Below, piece after piece: positions 14,965 through 27,367 of a stretch of DNA of 64,000 nt (the first letter of the stretch is position 1; every line of letters begins with the position of its first letter). Both the position numbers and the translations under genes were made by a program. This DNA comes from Octopus vulgaris (Eukaryota): positions 23,870,001-23,934,000 of the forward strand of contig OX597829.1 in NCBI GenBank assembly GCA_951406725.2, read 5' to 3'. Under the pieces are notes generated by a model that had not been told where the DNA came from, ran no database searches, and saw only the letters and a program-made list of their open reading frames with translations.

Positions 14965-15578
14965 ATATAGATATATATAGATATATAGCTATGATTTCAC
15001 TTGGCTTGACAGGTCTTTGTATAGGTCTTTGTATATAGCTATTATTGTTAGTTTTAATCATTTCCCTGTATATTTTATAAACTTAATTAACATTTTAGGT
15101 TAGCATAAAAACTTCTTAACTTTGCGGAATCAGCATCATTGTCATTTTAACGTCCAGTAGTTTATGCTTGCATGGGTTGGACGGAGTTTATTGAAGGAGA
15201 ATTTTTTTTGGCTGGATGCCCTTCCTGTTGCTAACCCTCACCTGTTTCTAGGCAAGGTAATATTTTCTCATTGTTAGACATGTTCTTGCAGAATAGTGGA
15301 AATAAATGATATTACTTGTATGACAATGGTTTTACAACTATCATGCAAGGTCAAGATAAGGAGTCACATACATATATACAGACATCACTCCATACATGCT
15401 TCACTCCACACATGCATCAGATCATCAATCAATCAATCAAAAGTGGCTATGGAGATAGTAAGTAGATAAACACAGTTGAACTTGAGTTGTGTGTGCTCCA
15501 TGTAAATATATTTCAAGCAAAACTGTTTATCTACCTTCCTACATACACACACACGTGTGTGTGTGTATGTATATGTAT
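14372..15578 (+). repeat. Near-identical tandem duplication of ~580 bp
   Basis: 14372-14945 versus 14989-15578 differ by only a few substitutions/indels. The junction is a (TA)/(TAGA) microsatellite. Confidence 0.92.
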
Positions 15579-15870
15579 ATATATAGATATAGATATAGAT
15601 ATAGATATATATAGATATAGATATATATAGATATAGATATATATAGATATAGATATATATAGATATAGATATAGATATATATAGATATAGATATATATAG
15701 ATATAGATATATATATAGATATATATAGATATAGATATATATATAGATATAGATAGATATAGCTATATAGATATAGATAGATATAGCTATATAGATATAG
15801 ATAGATATAGCTATATAGATATAGATAGATATAGATATAGATAGATATAGATATATATATATATATATAG
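15560..15870. repeat. Compound (TA)/(TAGA) microsatellite
   Basis: Direct inspection. Confidence 0.95.
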
Positions 15871-17981
15871 GTAAGTCATCTTAGAGTTCATAAATCAGAA
15901 AGAAATGCATGCGTGTATCTGTTAATTATTATCTGTGGATAATGCTGTACATTTTAGATGATATATATATATATATATTCATCTTGTTTTAGTTATTGTG
16001 TGGTTGTCATGCTGGGGCACCACTCCGAAGAGATTTTAATTGAACACATTGACCCCAGTACTTTTTTTAAAGCCTGGTGCTTATTCTATCAGTCTCCTTT
16101 GCAGAACTGCTGGCTTATAAGGGACGTAAACAAACTAACACCAGTTGTCAAGCAGACACACAACAAGCTTCTTTCAGTTTCCATCTGCCAAATCCACTCA
16201 CAAGACTTTGATTGGCCTGAGGCTATAGAAGAACATTCTTGCTCAAGGTGCCATGCAGTGGTTGGGAAGCAAATTTCTTTCCACGCAGGCAATACTAGGG
16301 GCCAGTTTGATAGTAGAAAAAGAATATTAAAAAATAAATGAAAGATACTTGACGTTAATTTTTTTGTTCTTCTTTGGGAAATTTATATATATATTTTTTC
16401 AATTAAAAAATAATTATTTCCCGTATGACTTGCATATTTAAAAATATATCTGATATAAATACATATCTTTTAGCTGAATAATGTGTAAGTTATAAATAGT
16501 AAATATTACATGGCAATATTGTACATTATCTATGATAAAATTATCTAGTCTATAGAGTTTACTAAAACTTTGTTTAGGCCATATCTTTATGCTTACTCCA
16601 CTTCACTACCCTTAAAAAAAATTTTTTTTTTTTTGAATGCAGGTATTAGTATAAAGGTATTCTTTAAAAGTTCGTTCATTCAGAAGGAATCTATGAATGA
16701 CAAATACACCTCAGAAATTTGTTAGCTCCCTTTGTTCTGTAGTTTATTTTATTTATTTATTTTTTCTCCTCTTTCGTAGGGGAGGAAATCTATACAAGAA
16801 ATTACTAAGAACAGTAACTCAAGAATGACACGGTTATACACATATAGTATCTGCCCCTGCTCAAGATGCCACACTGTGGGACTGAATTCAAGGTCATGTG
16901 ATCATGAAGTGAACTTATTAACCACACAGCCATGCCTGCAGCTATTGTGTGTGTATGTGTACACATATGCTTATCTATATGTGTGTAATACATACAGGTA
17001 TATTTATAAATGTAAATGTGTGTGTGTGTGTGCATATGCATGTGTACATAAGCTTTTGTATATGTGTATGTATATATGCGAGTGAGTGTGTATGTATGCT
17101 TATTCTTTTGGTTTTTCACATGTTTCAGTCATTTCACTGCGACCATGTTGGAGCACCGCTTTTAGTCAAACAAATCGACTCCAGGACTTATTCTTTGTAA
17201 GCCTAGTATTTATTCTATTGGTTTCTTATTGCCGAACCGCTAAGTTATGGGGGCTGTAAACACACCAACGTCAGTTGTCAAGTGATGAGGTGGGGGGCGG
17301 AAGGGACATGCATGCATATTTATAAATGTAAATGTGTGTGGGAAGGTGGGATGGTATGAAAACTGAGCAAAATGGCCTAATACAGGTAAATATCAAAAGG
17401 GAAATGAATAAAAAATAAAACAAAAACAAGAGAAAACCAGCCCCTAAGGGAATATGAGCTTGATGGAACTTTTTCTACTTGTACATTTTGTGGCAAAAAT
17501 CTACCTGTCTGACACAAGACTTGAATCTCACATAGAAGCAGGCAATAAGGTACTTCCTACTGATTATGGAAAATGTCACATATGCCACAGGATTTGCAAA
17601 TCTCAAAATCACTTCAAGAAATATTTTAAGATCCTTTAAGGTCAGATAATACAGGGCTGTTCAAATTGTGTCGAAATTAGCATTCAATTTCTGTGGATAG
17701 CTTTTTAAAGTATGTCTCAAGTACTGGGGTTGATTTAATCATTTACACACCCACCCTTATGAAATACCAGGCAGGCCCTGTGACTTGAAGACCAACTCTG
17801 GTTTAAAAAGCCACATTAGATGTCATGCCAGAACTGAATATCATACACACTCACATGGTCAAGCTTTGTATCGAGCTAAAAATAATAATGTATGTATGTA
17901 TGTGTGTGCATGCATGCACATATGCTTGTGCATGTATGTGTATGTATATATGTGTTTCTGTATATATGCATGTGAATAACG

Positions 17982-18021
<40 letters not shown>

Positions 18022-18076
18022 AGTATATGCATATATATTTGTGTTTATGTATGTTTATATATGTATATAGTTATGT

Positions 18077-18105
<29 letters not shown>

Positions 18106-18107
<2 letters not shown>

Positions 18108-18247
18108 ATCAAAATAAGCAACAAGAATGACTCTTGTTGCTTATTTTGATTATAATCACCCCAAGGATTTATATGGATAACACCATACAAAATTCTGGTG
18201 CATCTAAATTAAGTACCATATTCATTTGAATCTAAATTTTTGCTGAA

Positions 18248-18250
<3 letters not shown>
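18106..18250 (+). repeat. Collapsed copy of the 37698 foldback family
   Basis: aatcaaaataagcaacaaga-atgac-tcttgttgcttattttgatt followed by the same tail, flanked by (TA)n. Confidence 0.8.
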
Positions 18251-18295
<45 letters not shown>

Positions 18296-18719
18296 TGTGT
18301 GTTTGTATACATGTATATGTGTGTGTGTATATGTGTATATGCGTGTGTATATATACATGCATGTGTATGTATGCATATATATATATATATGTACATATGT
18401 GTGTGTATATATATGTGTATGTGTGGATATATCTGTATGTGTGCATATATATATATGTGTGTGTGTGTGTGTGCATATATAAGTATATGAGTGTGTGCAT
18501 GTGTGATCACTACTTCGTATTTAATATATCATGTTTTCACAACACTACTATATAGCCTTTCTAACCTGCAGCCATTGTAACTCAGTGTAGCATTCTATTA
18601 ATATTTTCATTCATCAATTCACTGTGCCATTCATCTAACAGAATATTTTATTTTTTAATTTTTTAAAATTTTTATATATTATTAATTAATGATTTGTTAC
18701 TCATTTCTTTTCTTTGCAG

Positions 18720-21168
18720 GCTTTCCAATTACCTGATAAACTGGATGCCTCACGGAAACTAAGACAGTCCTTTATTCCGGCTCCTAAGGTATATTCTAAA
18801 ACAGCACAACCAAAAACCTGTCTTACTATTGAAAATCAGGAAACCATTTCATACAAAACAAACACTGCTGTTGATGAAAAGCCAAATACCTCAAAGCAGT
18901 TCAATATCGGAGATCGAGTATGCATCAGTGGTCAAAAGCAAGGCACGCTTTTGTATTTTGGTAAACTACATGTATCAGATGGCTTGTGGTGTGGTATTGA
19001 ACTAGAGTTACCTGAAGGATCCCATAATGGTAAAATTGAAGACGTCAGGTATTTTACCTGTAAAAAGTTCCACGGTATTTTTGCTCCAATTGATAAAGTT
19101 GAGCGTGTGATTCCGAGTAAGCCTCTCACAACTTGGGCAAAGGTCAAAGAATCAAGCGTATATGATGAGAGAAACAATGAACTACAGAAGGACCAGTCTG
19201 TGACAAATATAGAAAATCACGAAGAAGATTATCCAGTAAAGCATCGGAGTGAGGGAGGAAATGTGAATTTTTGGAGGAAAACAAAACCTCAAATTCAAGA
19301 CCAAAATCTATCAGAAACACATTCTCTGGAAAATCAAGTTAACCATTTGGAAACTCATCCATCGCTTGCTAACAAAGGTCACGACAACTCTGACCATCAT
19401 ACACCTTGGCAGCAGTTCTTGAAGTCCCATGGTTCACCAAATTCATATGTTCAATCACAACACATTCAGAACCAATCTAAATCACCTCCTCAGTCTCAAC
19501 AGCTGAAGGCTGTGTCGAAGGAATGTGAATCTTCATCTCCATATACATCTGGCCATTCTATACCATTGCACTCATCCAGGACAACTGGGTCCACTCAACA
19601 GCTACAGAACAGCACAGCTTCATCTTATTCAGACCAACAGCAATCTTACTCAAGGTTGCAATACCAGCCTCAGCAGCAATACTCTGGACAGCAGTTCAAA
19701 CCTCAGCAATATCAGCGGAATTCAATTCCGCATCAATACCAGCAGCAGCAGTACCAACAGCCACAGCAGCAGCAGCAGCACCAGCAGTTCAGCTCACCTC
19801 ACTCTCATCATCAAAGCCTGCACTTTTCACCTCAGCAACAGTACGACACGTCATCGCTGCCTCCTCAACAATTGTACCTACACGAGACACAGCAGCCAGG
19901 TCACCAGTACCCTGGCCACCACTACCCACCTCAGCAACAACAGTACCCACCTCATCAACAGCAGTACCCACCACCTCAACCACAGCAGTATCTCCCTCAG
20001 CAGCAATATCCACCACCACCGCAACAATCCCAGCAATATCCGCTGCCACCACACCAACACCAGTACCCACCAGCTCCACAACAGCAGCCATACGCATCTC
20101 CACCCCAGCAACAACAATACCCACCACTGTCACTGCATCAGCAACAGCAGTACATACCAACACCTCCAACCCATCAGCAGCAATACTCCCAACCACCACA
20201 CCATCAACAACAGTATCCCCTACCACCACACCTTCCCCAGCAGCAGCTGTATGCTTCACCACCACCACCACCCCAACATTCTTCAAAATCCTCTGATCAC
20301 AGCTCATGTCTCCCTGAAGAGCGTTCTATAAATGAGGAAAAGGACAATGGCTCGACCCAAGCCGATATGGGAATCAGTGCTTGTGTTAAGGAATACCTGG
20401 AATCTGACCGTAGAACTTACTTCAATTTTACATTTGATGCTGAAAACAGTGGCAATGTCAGGACAGCATCAAACAAACCAAATTCCTTGACATCATCACT
20501 CTACCAGGCAGAGAGAGAACTTGACCCGGCAGGAGTCATCTGGGAACTGGAAAATACAGATGATGAGATCAGTTTCCGTATAGATTCTGAAAAAACATCA
20601 GAGTCTAGTTCGTTAGCAACAAGTACAGATGAAAAGCAATTGACATCAAAGTTAGAAAGCGGATCTCCTATAAACTCTAAATTGGCTCTAACTGAGAATA
20701 AAATGGCAGAGTCTGAAGCGTTACTCATCAAACAACTTGAGGAAGAGCTTGCAAGTAATATTGTTGAAAGGGGTACAGAAAGTGAGAAAGGTAGCAGTGA
20801 GGAAGATGAAATTATTATAACCAATAATAAGGATAAGAAAAATAAACTTTTAATAAACGTAGAAAAGGCTGTGGAACATGGTGTTAACAGCCTTCATGGT
20901 GGTCATATAACTCTGGACATGAAATCTTCTTTGGATTCGCAGTTCAGTGACATAACCTCTGATAGAACCCCACCAATAATGACTGATTCTGGTATCATGG
21001 TTGACAGTAGAATATCTGACTTCGGTCGATATAAATGTTCTTCAATGGAAAATAGTCTTGACATGGATCATCTCCATACCAGTGACCAATTAGCTGCAGA
21101 TCTTCAAGATGGCCACAGAGAGAAGAACAGACCTACCTCTCTTATTTCAACAACCAGCGTTGACACTG
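18720..21168 (+). CDS. Large internal coding exon of a CAP-Gly domain microtubule +TIP protein (CLIP-170/restin-like); partial gene
   Basis: 826-codon ORF. Polypyrimidine acceptor ttttctttgcAG ends at 18719 (phase 0) and donor G|GTAAGT is at 21169 (phase 1). CAP-Gly domain 18900-19106 (FNIGDRV...GLWCGIELELPEGSHNG...RYFTC...GIFAP), followed by a Q/P/Y-rich region and an acidic Ser-rich region. Orthologue not assignable from this exon alone. Confidence 0.92.
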
Positions 21169-21892
21169 GTAAGTATTTTGTGATGAGAAATTAATGTTGT
21201 CATGCTTATTATTCATATAGTCTTTTGTTGGCGTTTTAGCATTCAAACCGATCATACGCTGTTCAAATATTCTTCCTGTTCTATATTGAAATCAGCCAGT
21301 TTCCACTTCTCTAACACACGTATGTTTTTCTAGAAATAACAATCACATAATCAAAATCGCAAAGCTATGAGATAATGTATAATTAATTTAAAACAATTTG
21401 AATAAATAAGCATTACATTTGAAAGGGTAATCTGGATGCTTAAGGTTTAAAGATAGCTTATTGCTGGATAAAATGCTTAGCAGCATTTATGTTTTGTGTT
21501 TGAATTTCATCCTTTTGGGGTTGATCAAATAAGTACCAGTTAAAGTACTGGAGTTTATGTAGTTAACTTCCCCTTCCCTTTAACATTGCTGACTTTGTGC
21601 CAAAATTAGAAAGAATTACTAGAAGCTTGCCCTAATTCAAGGGACTTCATCTATTTGATGATAGTTAACACCACCAACCAACACATAAGAAGTACCTTTA
21701 ACAGAGTTCATCTTGTTATAAACATTCAAATCATATCTCTGATCTGAAGATAAACCTAATACCTCAATTTGCTGCATCCTACAGCATCTTCCATTTCATA
21801 ATACCACAGTTTTGTGTTTTAGAAGGCATGAATAGCAGTGGGTCTGACATACAGGTCTACTGCTAGAAATAAGGGCCTAGAGAAATAAACAG

Positions 21893-22430
21893 GATCTTTA
21901 CTTTTGACCTACAGATTTAAAAAATAATTTTTTGTAACTAAACACTTTCAAACTTCAGACACTTATATTTACGAAGTAATTTCCCGTTAAAGTAGTCCTG
22001 TTTTGGTAATTTCAACCAATCAATGACATGTATTCAGCTGAATAAAATTACTGCCATTGTTTGTCAACAACAACTATCGGAAGTGTATATTTCGTTTGTC
22101 ACTGTTATTTATGACAACCCTAAAACCCTAACCCTAAAACCAGTACAAATGCACGAACAATGTCATAAATAACAGTGACAAATGAAAAATGCACTGCCAA
22201 TAGTTCTTATTGACAAACAACTGCAGTAATTTTATTCAGCTGAATACACGTCATCGATTGGTTGAAATTACCGAAATAGGACTACTTTAACGGGAAATAA
22301 TTACGTAAATATAAGTTTTTCTCAAAAATGCTAAGAGGAAAAGATGTTTTGTATGACACATTCTACCAGTTTGAAAGTGTTTAGTTACAAAAAATTATTT
22401 TTTAAATCTGTAGGTCAAAAGGTAAAGATC
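21893..22430. mobile_element. Palindromic foldback/MITE with telomere-like core
   Basis: Long inverted arms (gatctttacttttgacctacagatttaaaaaataatt... / ...aatctgtaggtcaaaaggtaaagatc) and inner arms tttgtcactgttatttatgaca / tgtcataaataacagtgacaaa around aaccctaaaaccctaaccctaaaa (22116-22139). Confidence 0.85.
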
Positions 22431-23065
22431 TGATTAACACTTTAGGAGACTGCCTTTCTTGAAGCAGGTCTGCCTATGACCACTAATTTTCAATTAGGCT
22501 ATATACAGTGATTGAAGTGTTGGTCAGTAGTTACCCATGAGTAACACCATGGGAAGCTGTCCCAATTGATGACCAGCCTACTTGTGGTTGTTAACTTTCA
22601 GCAGGGCTATTTACAATGTTTGAAGTAGTGGTTAGTAGTAGCCCTTGATTCATTTAGTTTCCTCTCGCCTATCACCCATCAATTTCAATAATCTTGTAAA
22701 GGTCATGAGATAATCTTGTTTTTTGATTATGTTTAAATAAAAAATTATAATCCTCTAGAATTCACAGGGGTTCAAAAGTTTGCTGATCCTTTATACTGAA
22801 ATATAGAATTGCGTACCAGATAATGCTTTCACTCTGCATAATGTATGCAGCTATATGCTTTACATTTTTTATATTATGATATCGAGTGGCTGTGTGGTAG
22901 GTAGCTTGCTTACCAACCACATGGTTCCGGGTTCAGTCCCACTTCATGGCACCTTGGGCAAGTGTCTTCTACCATAGCCTCAGGCCAACCAAAGCCTTGT
23001 GAGTGGATTTGGTAGACGGAAACTGAAAGGAGCCCGTCGTATATATGTATATATATATACATATA

Positions 23066-23110
<45 letters not shown>

Positions 23111-23323
23111 ATCTGTGTTTGTGTTCCCGTAACTTAGCAGTTCGGCAAAAGAGACCAATAGAATAAGTACTAGGCTTACAAAGAATAAGTCCTGGGGTCC
23201 ATTTGCTCAACTAAAAGTGGTGCTCCAGCATGGCCACAGTCAAATGACTGAAACAAGTAACTAAAGATATATATATGTGTGTGTGTGTAGAGGGTTGAAA
23301 AGTAGCACACGAGTTGATATGTA

Positions 23324-23752
23324 TAAGGAAAATAGAACAAGGTAGAAAATGCTAAAATTTATCATGAAGAACATGTTAGTACTGGTTTTAGTCTTTGCGG
23401 CTTTTTCAACTTAAAATAAAGCATGAAAAATAAATAAATTGTGGAAAAATTAAATGTAATGTTTTTTAAAAATATTTCTATAGTTTTCAAATACATGGGA
23501 CATTTACCTTTTTTTTTCTGTCTGTCTCTCTCTTTCACTTTTGTGAATGCTCGGCAGGTGGGTAGTAGCAGATCTGAAGAATTATTTAAAAACTATGGAA
23601 ATATTTAAAAAAAATATTTAATTTAATTTTTCCACAATTTGTTTTTGATGCTTTACTCTAAGTTGAAAAAGTCGCAAAGTCTGAAACCAGTACTAACATG
23701 TTCTTCGCTATAAAATTAGTTTAGCATTTTCTACCTTGTCCTATTTTCTTTA
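23324..23752. repeat. Foldback element (~170-bp inverted arms) between microsatellites
   Basis: taaggaaaatagaacaaggtagaaaatgctaaa... is mirrored by ...tttagcattttctaccttgtcctattttcttta. Confidence 0.85.
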
Positions 23753-23829
23753 CACACACACACACACACACATAAAAAGACACTCATTACTTTTTGTGTG
23801 TTTGTCACCTCACACAGATTCGCGGTCCA

Positions 23830-25790
23830 CTCAGTCTAATAGTCTTATGCATAGTACCATTGTGTGCGTGTGTAACTTGATAACAGTTTAACCCAGCTTA
23901 AAGTTTTGTAGGCATGTGACACATTCACATCATCAGTTGTTTAGCAACAGAGTGGAGAACTTTCAAAAGAAATTTAAAATAACTTCATTGCTCAGTTCAT
24001 GTTATATGAGTATTTTTGTTATGATAGAAACATTTAGTTATTTAATTGGTAGGTCCACATAATGTTGTAGACAGGATACCGGTATCACTTTGTCAGCATT
24101 CTGCAGGATGTGATATTTCAACATCAGTTCTTCACATTGGCTACTTAACATGATAGAGTTGGCATGTTAGCATATGTTAGTTGTGATTCTGTGGTGTGTA
24201 ATATTTCACCAAGAACAGTTATCATTTAAGGGGAAGTAAATGATTTAATGTTGTCAATGTGTGACTGACATGAATTATGGTAAGCTGTAATCTCTATGGG
24301 CAGCAGGAATTATAGCCTAGATACTATATATGTATAGGCCAACAAGGCTCAGGTTATCAGTTGCAAATGACTCAAAGACCATTAACATGGTGTACCTCTG
24401 GTGACAAAAAATAAGATAGGTCAGTTTCCCTATTGATGAATATTGCAGGCTGATAGAGTATGTACCAGTTCTCATCGAAGCAGATTTGGCAATTATGGGC
24501 TCCTAATAAGGAGGGTCTCTGTGATATATACTCCAGATAAACTTAAAACTCAATTTAAAACTCCTAGGGTCTCCAGATGAAGTAGAACAGAGAGATGGAG
24601 TTTTCCACACCCTATACACAAAGAAGTGCATGTTTTGCATGTATCTTTCCTTAGGTACTGTCTGGTACCTCACACCATGTGATGTACTGTTTGTACATAA
24701 GATGGTGTGAGGTTGGCTTTATAATTCCTAGCTTCTGAGATCTTCCCAGTGGGTAGTTAGTATTTTGACAGCTGTAAGTTACAACGTAAGGTGAAGATTG
24801 TGTGTATTTGTCTCTGTTGTAGCAGCATGCAATGCTGGCAATGATATTAAGTGTGAGTAGCTAACTATAACATTATGTGAATTAAAGAGTTTATATCAAG
24901 AAATTTAATTGGTGTCAGGAAGCTTTTAGTACAATAAGGGAAACATTTAGATTGCATGGGGGATTAAACCACATTACTTTCCTCTTTCTAACTCTCTTCA
25001 TGTGTGGAGGTGACAGACTCTCTATATAAACTAACTTAGTGGTAAAGCTGTTCCCGATTAGTGCTTTGGGTGTGACCTTGCTGAAGATCTGTCTTCCTGT
25101 CTGCTGATAGATTATAGATTCTTCTGCTGGTTCCTGTAACTAGGTTTCTAATTGTAGCTGGGAGAAGGAAAGGTTGAAGTGTCTATGAATATAAAGTTTT
25201 CTCATTGAGATTTCTGTGGGGGTTAATACTTGCCTGTCTTGGGATCCAGTGTTAACAAGTTGGCCTTTAAATTGGTAGTTGGTGTGAGGCCAAATTCTTT
25301 GAAGATTTCTAAAAATTCTTTCTAAACATATTCATAGTGTAACCATTCATGACTTGAAATTGTTAGACCATCATTTTTGTTCAGAGTGGGAGTGTGGATA
25401 TTTTTTTTCTTTTAACGTATCCAGAATAAATAACTTGATTTAATTAATCTCATCTCTATTGTGGCTTGTCATGGATATGTTGAGCAGTATGCCAGTTTCC
25501 TTTCTTTTTTTTTTTTATATCCAGTCGAAATCATCATGAAACAAAACTGACATTCTAGCATTTATAATGATTCTGATATTGAAGTCACTAATTCTAATGA
25601 ACTGTGTTGCCAAAATCTTGGGTCTTCAGGATAAGCGATTTTGAATTTGATGCTGCCAATGTTGAATTAATAGTGACTGCTTTCCTTGAAACTTCACTGA
25701 TATTGGTGTCAAATTAAAAAAAAGAAAAAAAAAAATAGTACTGCTGGAGCTTTGAATCACTTAGTCACCATTCATAATAAATAGTATTTT
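23830..25790 (-). mobile_element. Decayed Penelope-like retroelement (RT to GIY-YIG), probably Naiad-type
   Basis: Manual minus-strand translation with stops and frameshifts gives LATQFIRISDFNIRIIINARMSVLFHDDFDWI, LNISMTSHNRDEIN*IKLFILDTL (cf. FDVTMGSYDGAE), LNKNDGL (cf. LYRDDGL), EIFKEFGL, TLDPKTGKY, RVRKRKVMWFNPP (~24945-24995) and FPLNDNC (start of the GIY-YIG region). Ends approximate. Confidence 0.8.
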
Positions 25791-27367
25791 GACTCACTAG
25801 TATTCTAGTATTGACTCCTTTATTCACTGTATGCTTACTTAATATACTTAAGTAGACACAGATACACATATCTACAGACACATTCTGAGATACCCTTGCA
25901 TCTTCTCTTGTTACTAGATTTCCCCATCTGCTTGACACTTGCAGCTATATATAAGATGTCTTTTAATGCAAGTTCTTTTCTAGCAAGAACTGTCTGCAGG
26001 TGTAGTAATTAGAAATTTTTGTTTAATTTAACTCTCTATCATCTTTGTCTCTGTCTGTCTGTCTCTTGTGTGTGTGTATATATGTGATGTATGCGTGTGT
26101 GTGTGTGTGTGTGTCTGTACATGTCTACTTATCATTCTATTTATCCATATGGTTACCTGCCTGTCTGTCTGTCTAGCTGTTTGACTCTCTACCTGAATAG
26201 AATGTATATGTGTTTGTGCACACACACACGCCATGTGCATGCACACACACACACATACACACGTGTGTGTATTTATATTTATACTACATCTGTTTCTCTC
26301 TCCCACCCAAATTATAAGTCGGTCTTTGTGTGTGTGTGTGTGTGTATATGTGTGTGTTATTTCTAAAATATTATATTCCTTTACTCTCTCTTTCTCCTTG
26401 GTGTTTATTTATCTTTCTACTTTTCAGTCCCAACTACCCTACCTTTTGCTCCCTACTTGCCCCTAACTTTGGTATTTTGTCCTTTATTACTCCTTAGCAG
26501 AAAGAAGAGAAAAAAAAAACCTTTTCTTTTTCTCCACCCCTTTCCTGTTTGCCTGTCTCTCTTTCTCTATCACCCCTAAACAGCAGCAGAAACTATTTAT
26601 ATCATAAAAAGATTGTCCCAGGGAACCCCTATTTTTAAGTGTGTGAGAGAAGTGTGTGTCTGTGTCTGTGTGTGTGTTTGTGTTATCTAAAGTCTACATT
26701 TGTTTTTCTTATCTTTTATTTCCTTTTCTTTATAATTTGTTTTTGTCTTAGAGGTAGCTTGGGTCTAGAGAGCCAACAAAGGTATTTCTTCCCTTCTCTT
26801 AAGTCTACGAGGAAACATTCCCTGTGTAACATTCTTCTAGGTTTCACTGTTCTGTTGGCAGAAAACAAGTTTAAATAAAAAAGAGAATAAAAGACTTCAC
26901 AAAAACTACAAAAAAAAAAAAAAACAAAACAAAACAGCAAATTCAAGATGCTGGTGCCACCGGACATTATGTCTTCCGGCACAAATACTGCCCTTCTTTG
27001 CTGGTTGAAAGGTTTGCCTTTCCCCGCTTTTAAAATTCCATTAAGCACATTTGCCACATCAAAATGAACTAAGGAACTACTTTCGGGAACTGCTACCAGT
27101 TGTTTGGAACTTACCATTTTAAACTATGCAAGGTAATTTGTTTCACATATACCCACTAATATACATGCATAGGTTTATGTATACTCTCTCTTTCTCTCTT
27201 CCTCTCTGTCTGTCTCTCTGCCATCCTGGGGCCAGTTACTTATTATATCTGTCGCAACTCATAAATAGTAATCTTTATAAGTAGCATTTCACCTGGTGTA
27301 TTCTTGCCATCATCATCATCACCATTATTATTATTATTTATTATTATTACTCTCTCCCGCTTTTCTC

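Noticed and set aside
18714-18719. ORF-track start (TTG) and end (21194) of the 826-aa ORF
   Set aside because: The start lies in the splice acceptor and the last codons lie past the GTAAGT donor, so this is an exon rather than a single-exon gene.
19525-20331. Overlapping 268-aa (+) and 172-aa (-) ORFs
   Set aside because: Alternative-frame shadows of the CAG/CCA-rich coding repeat.
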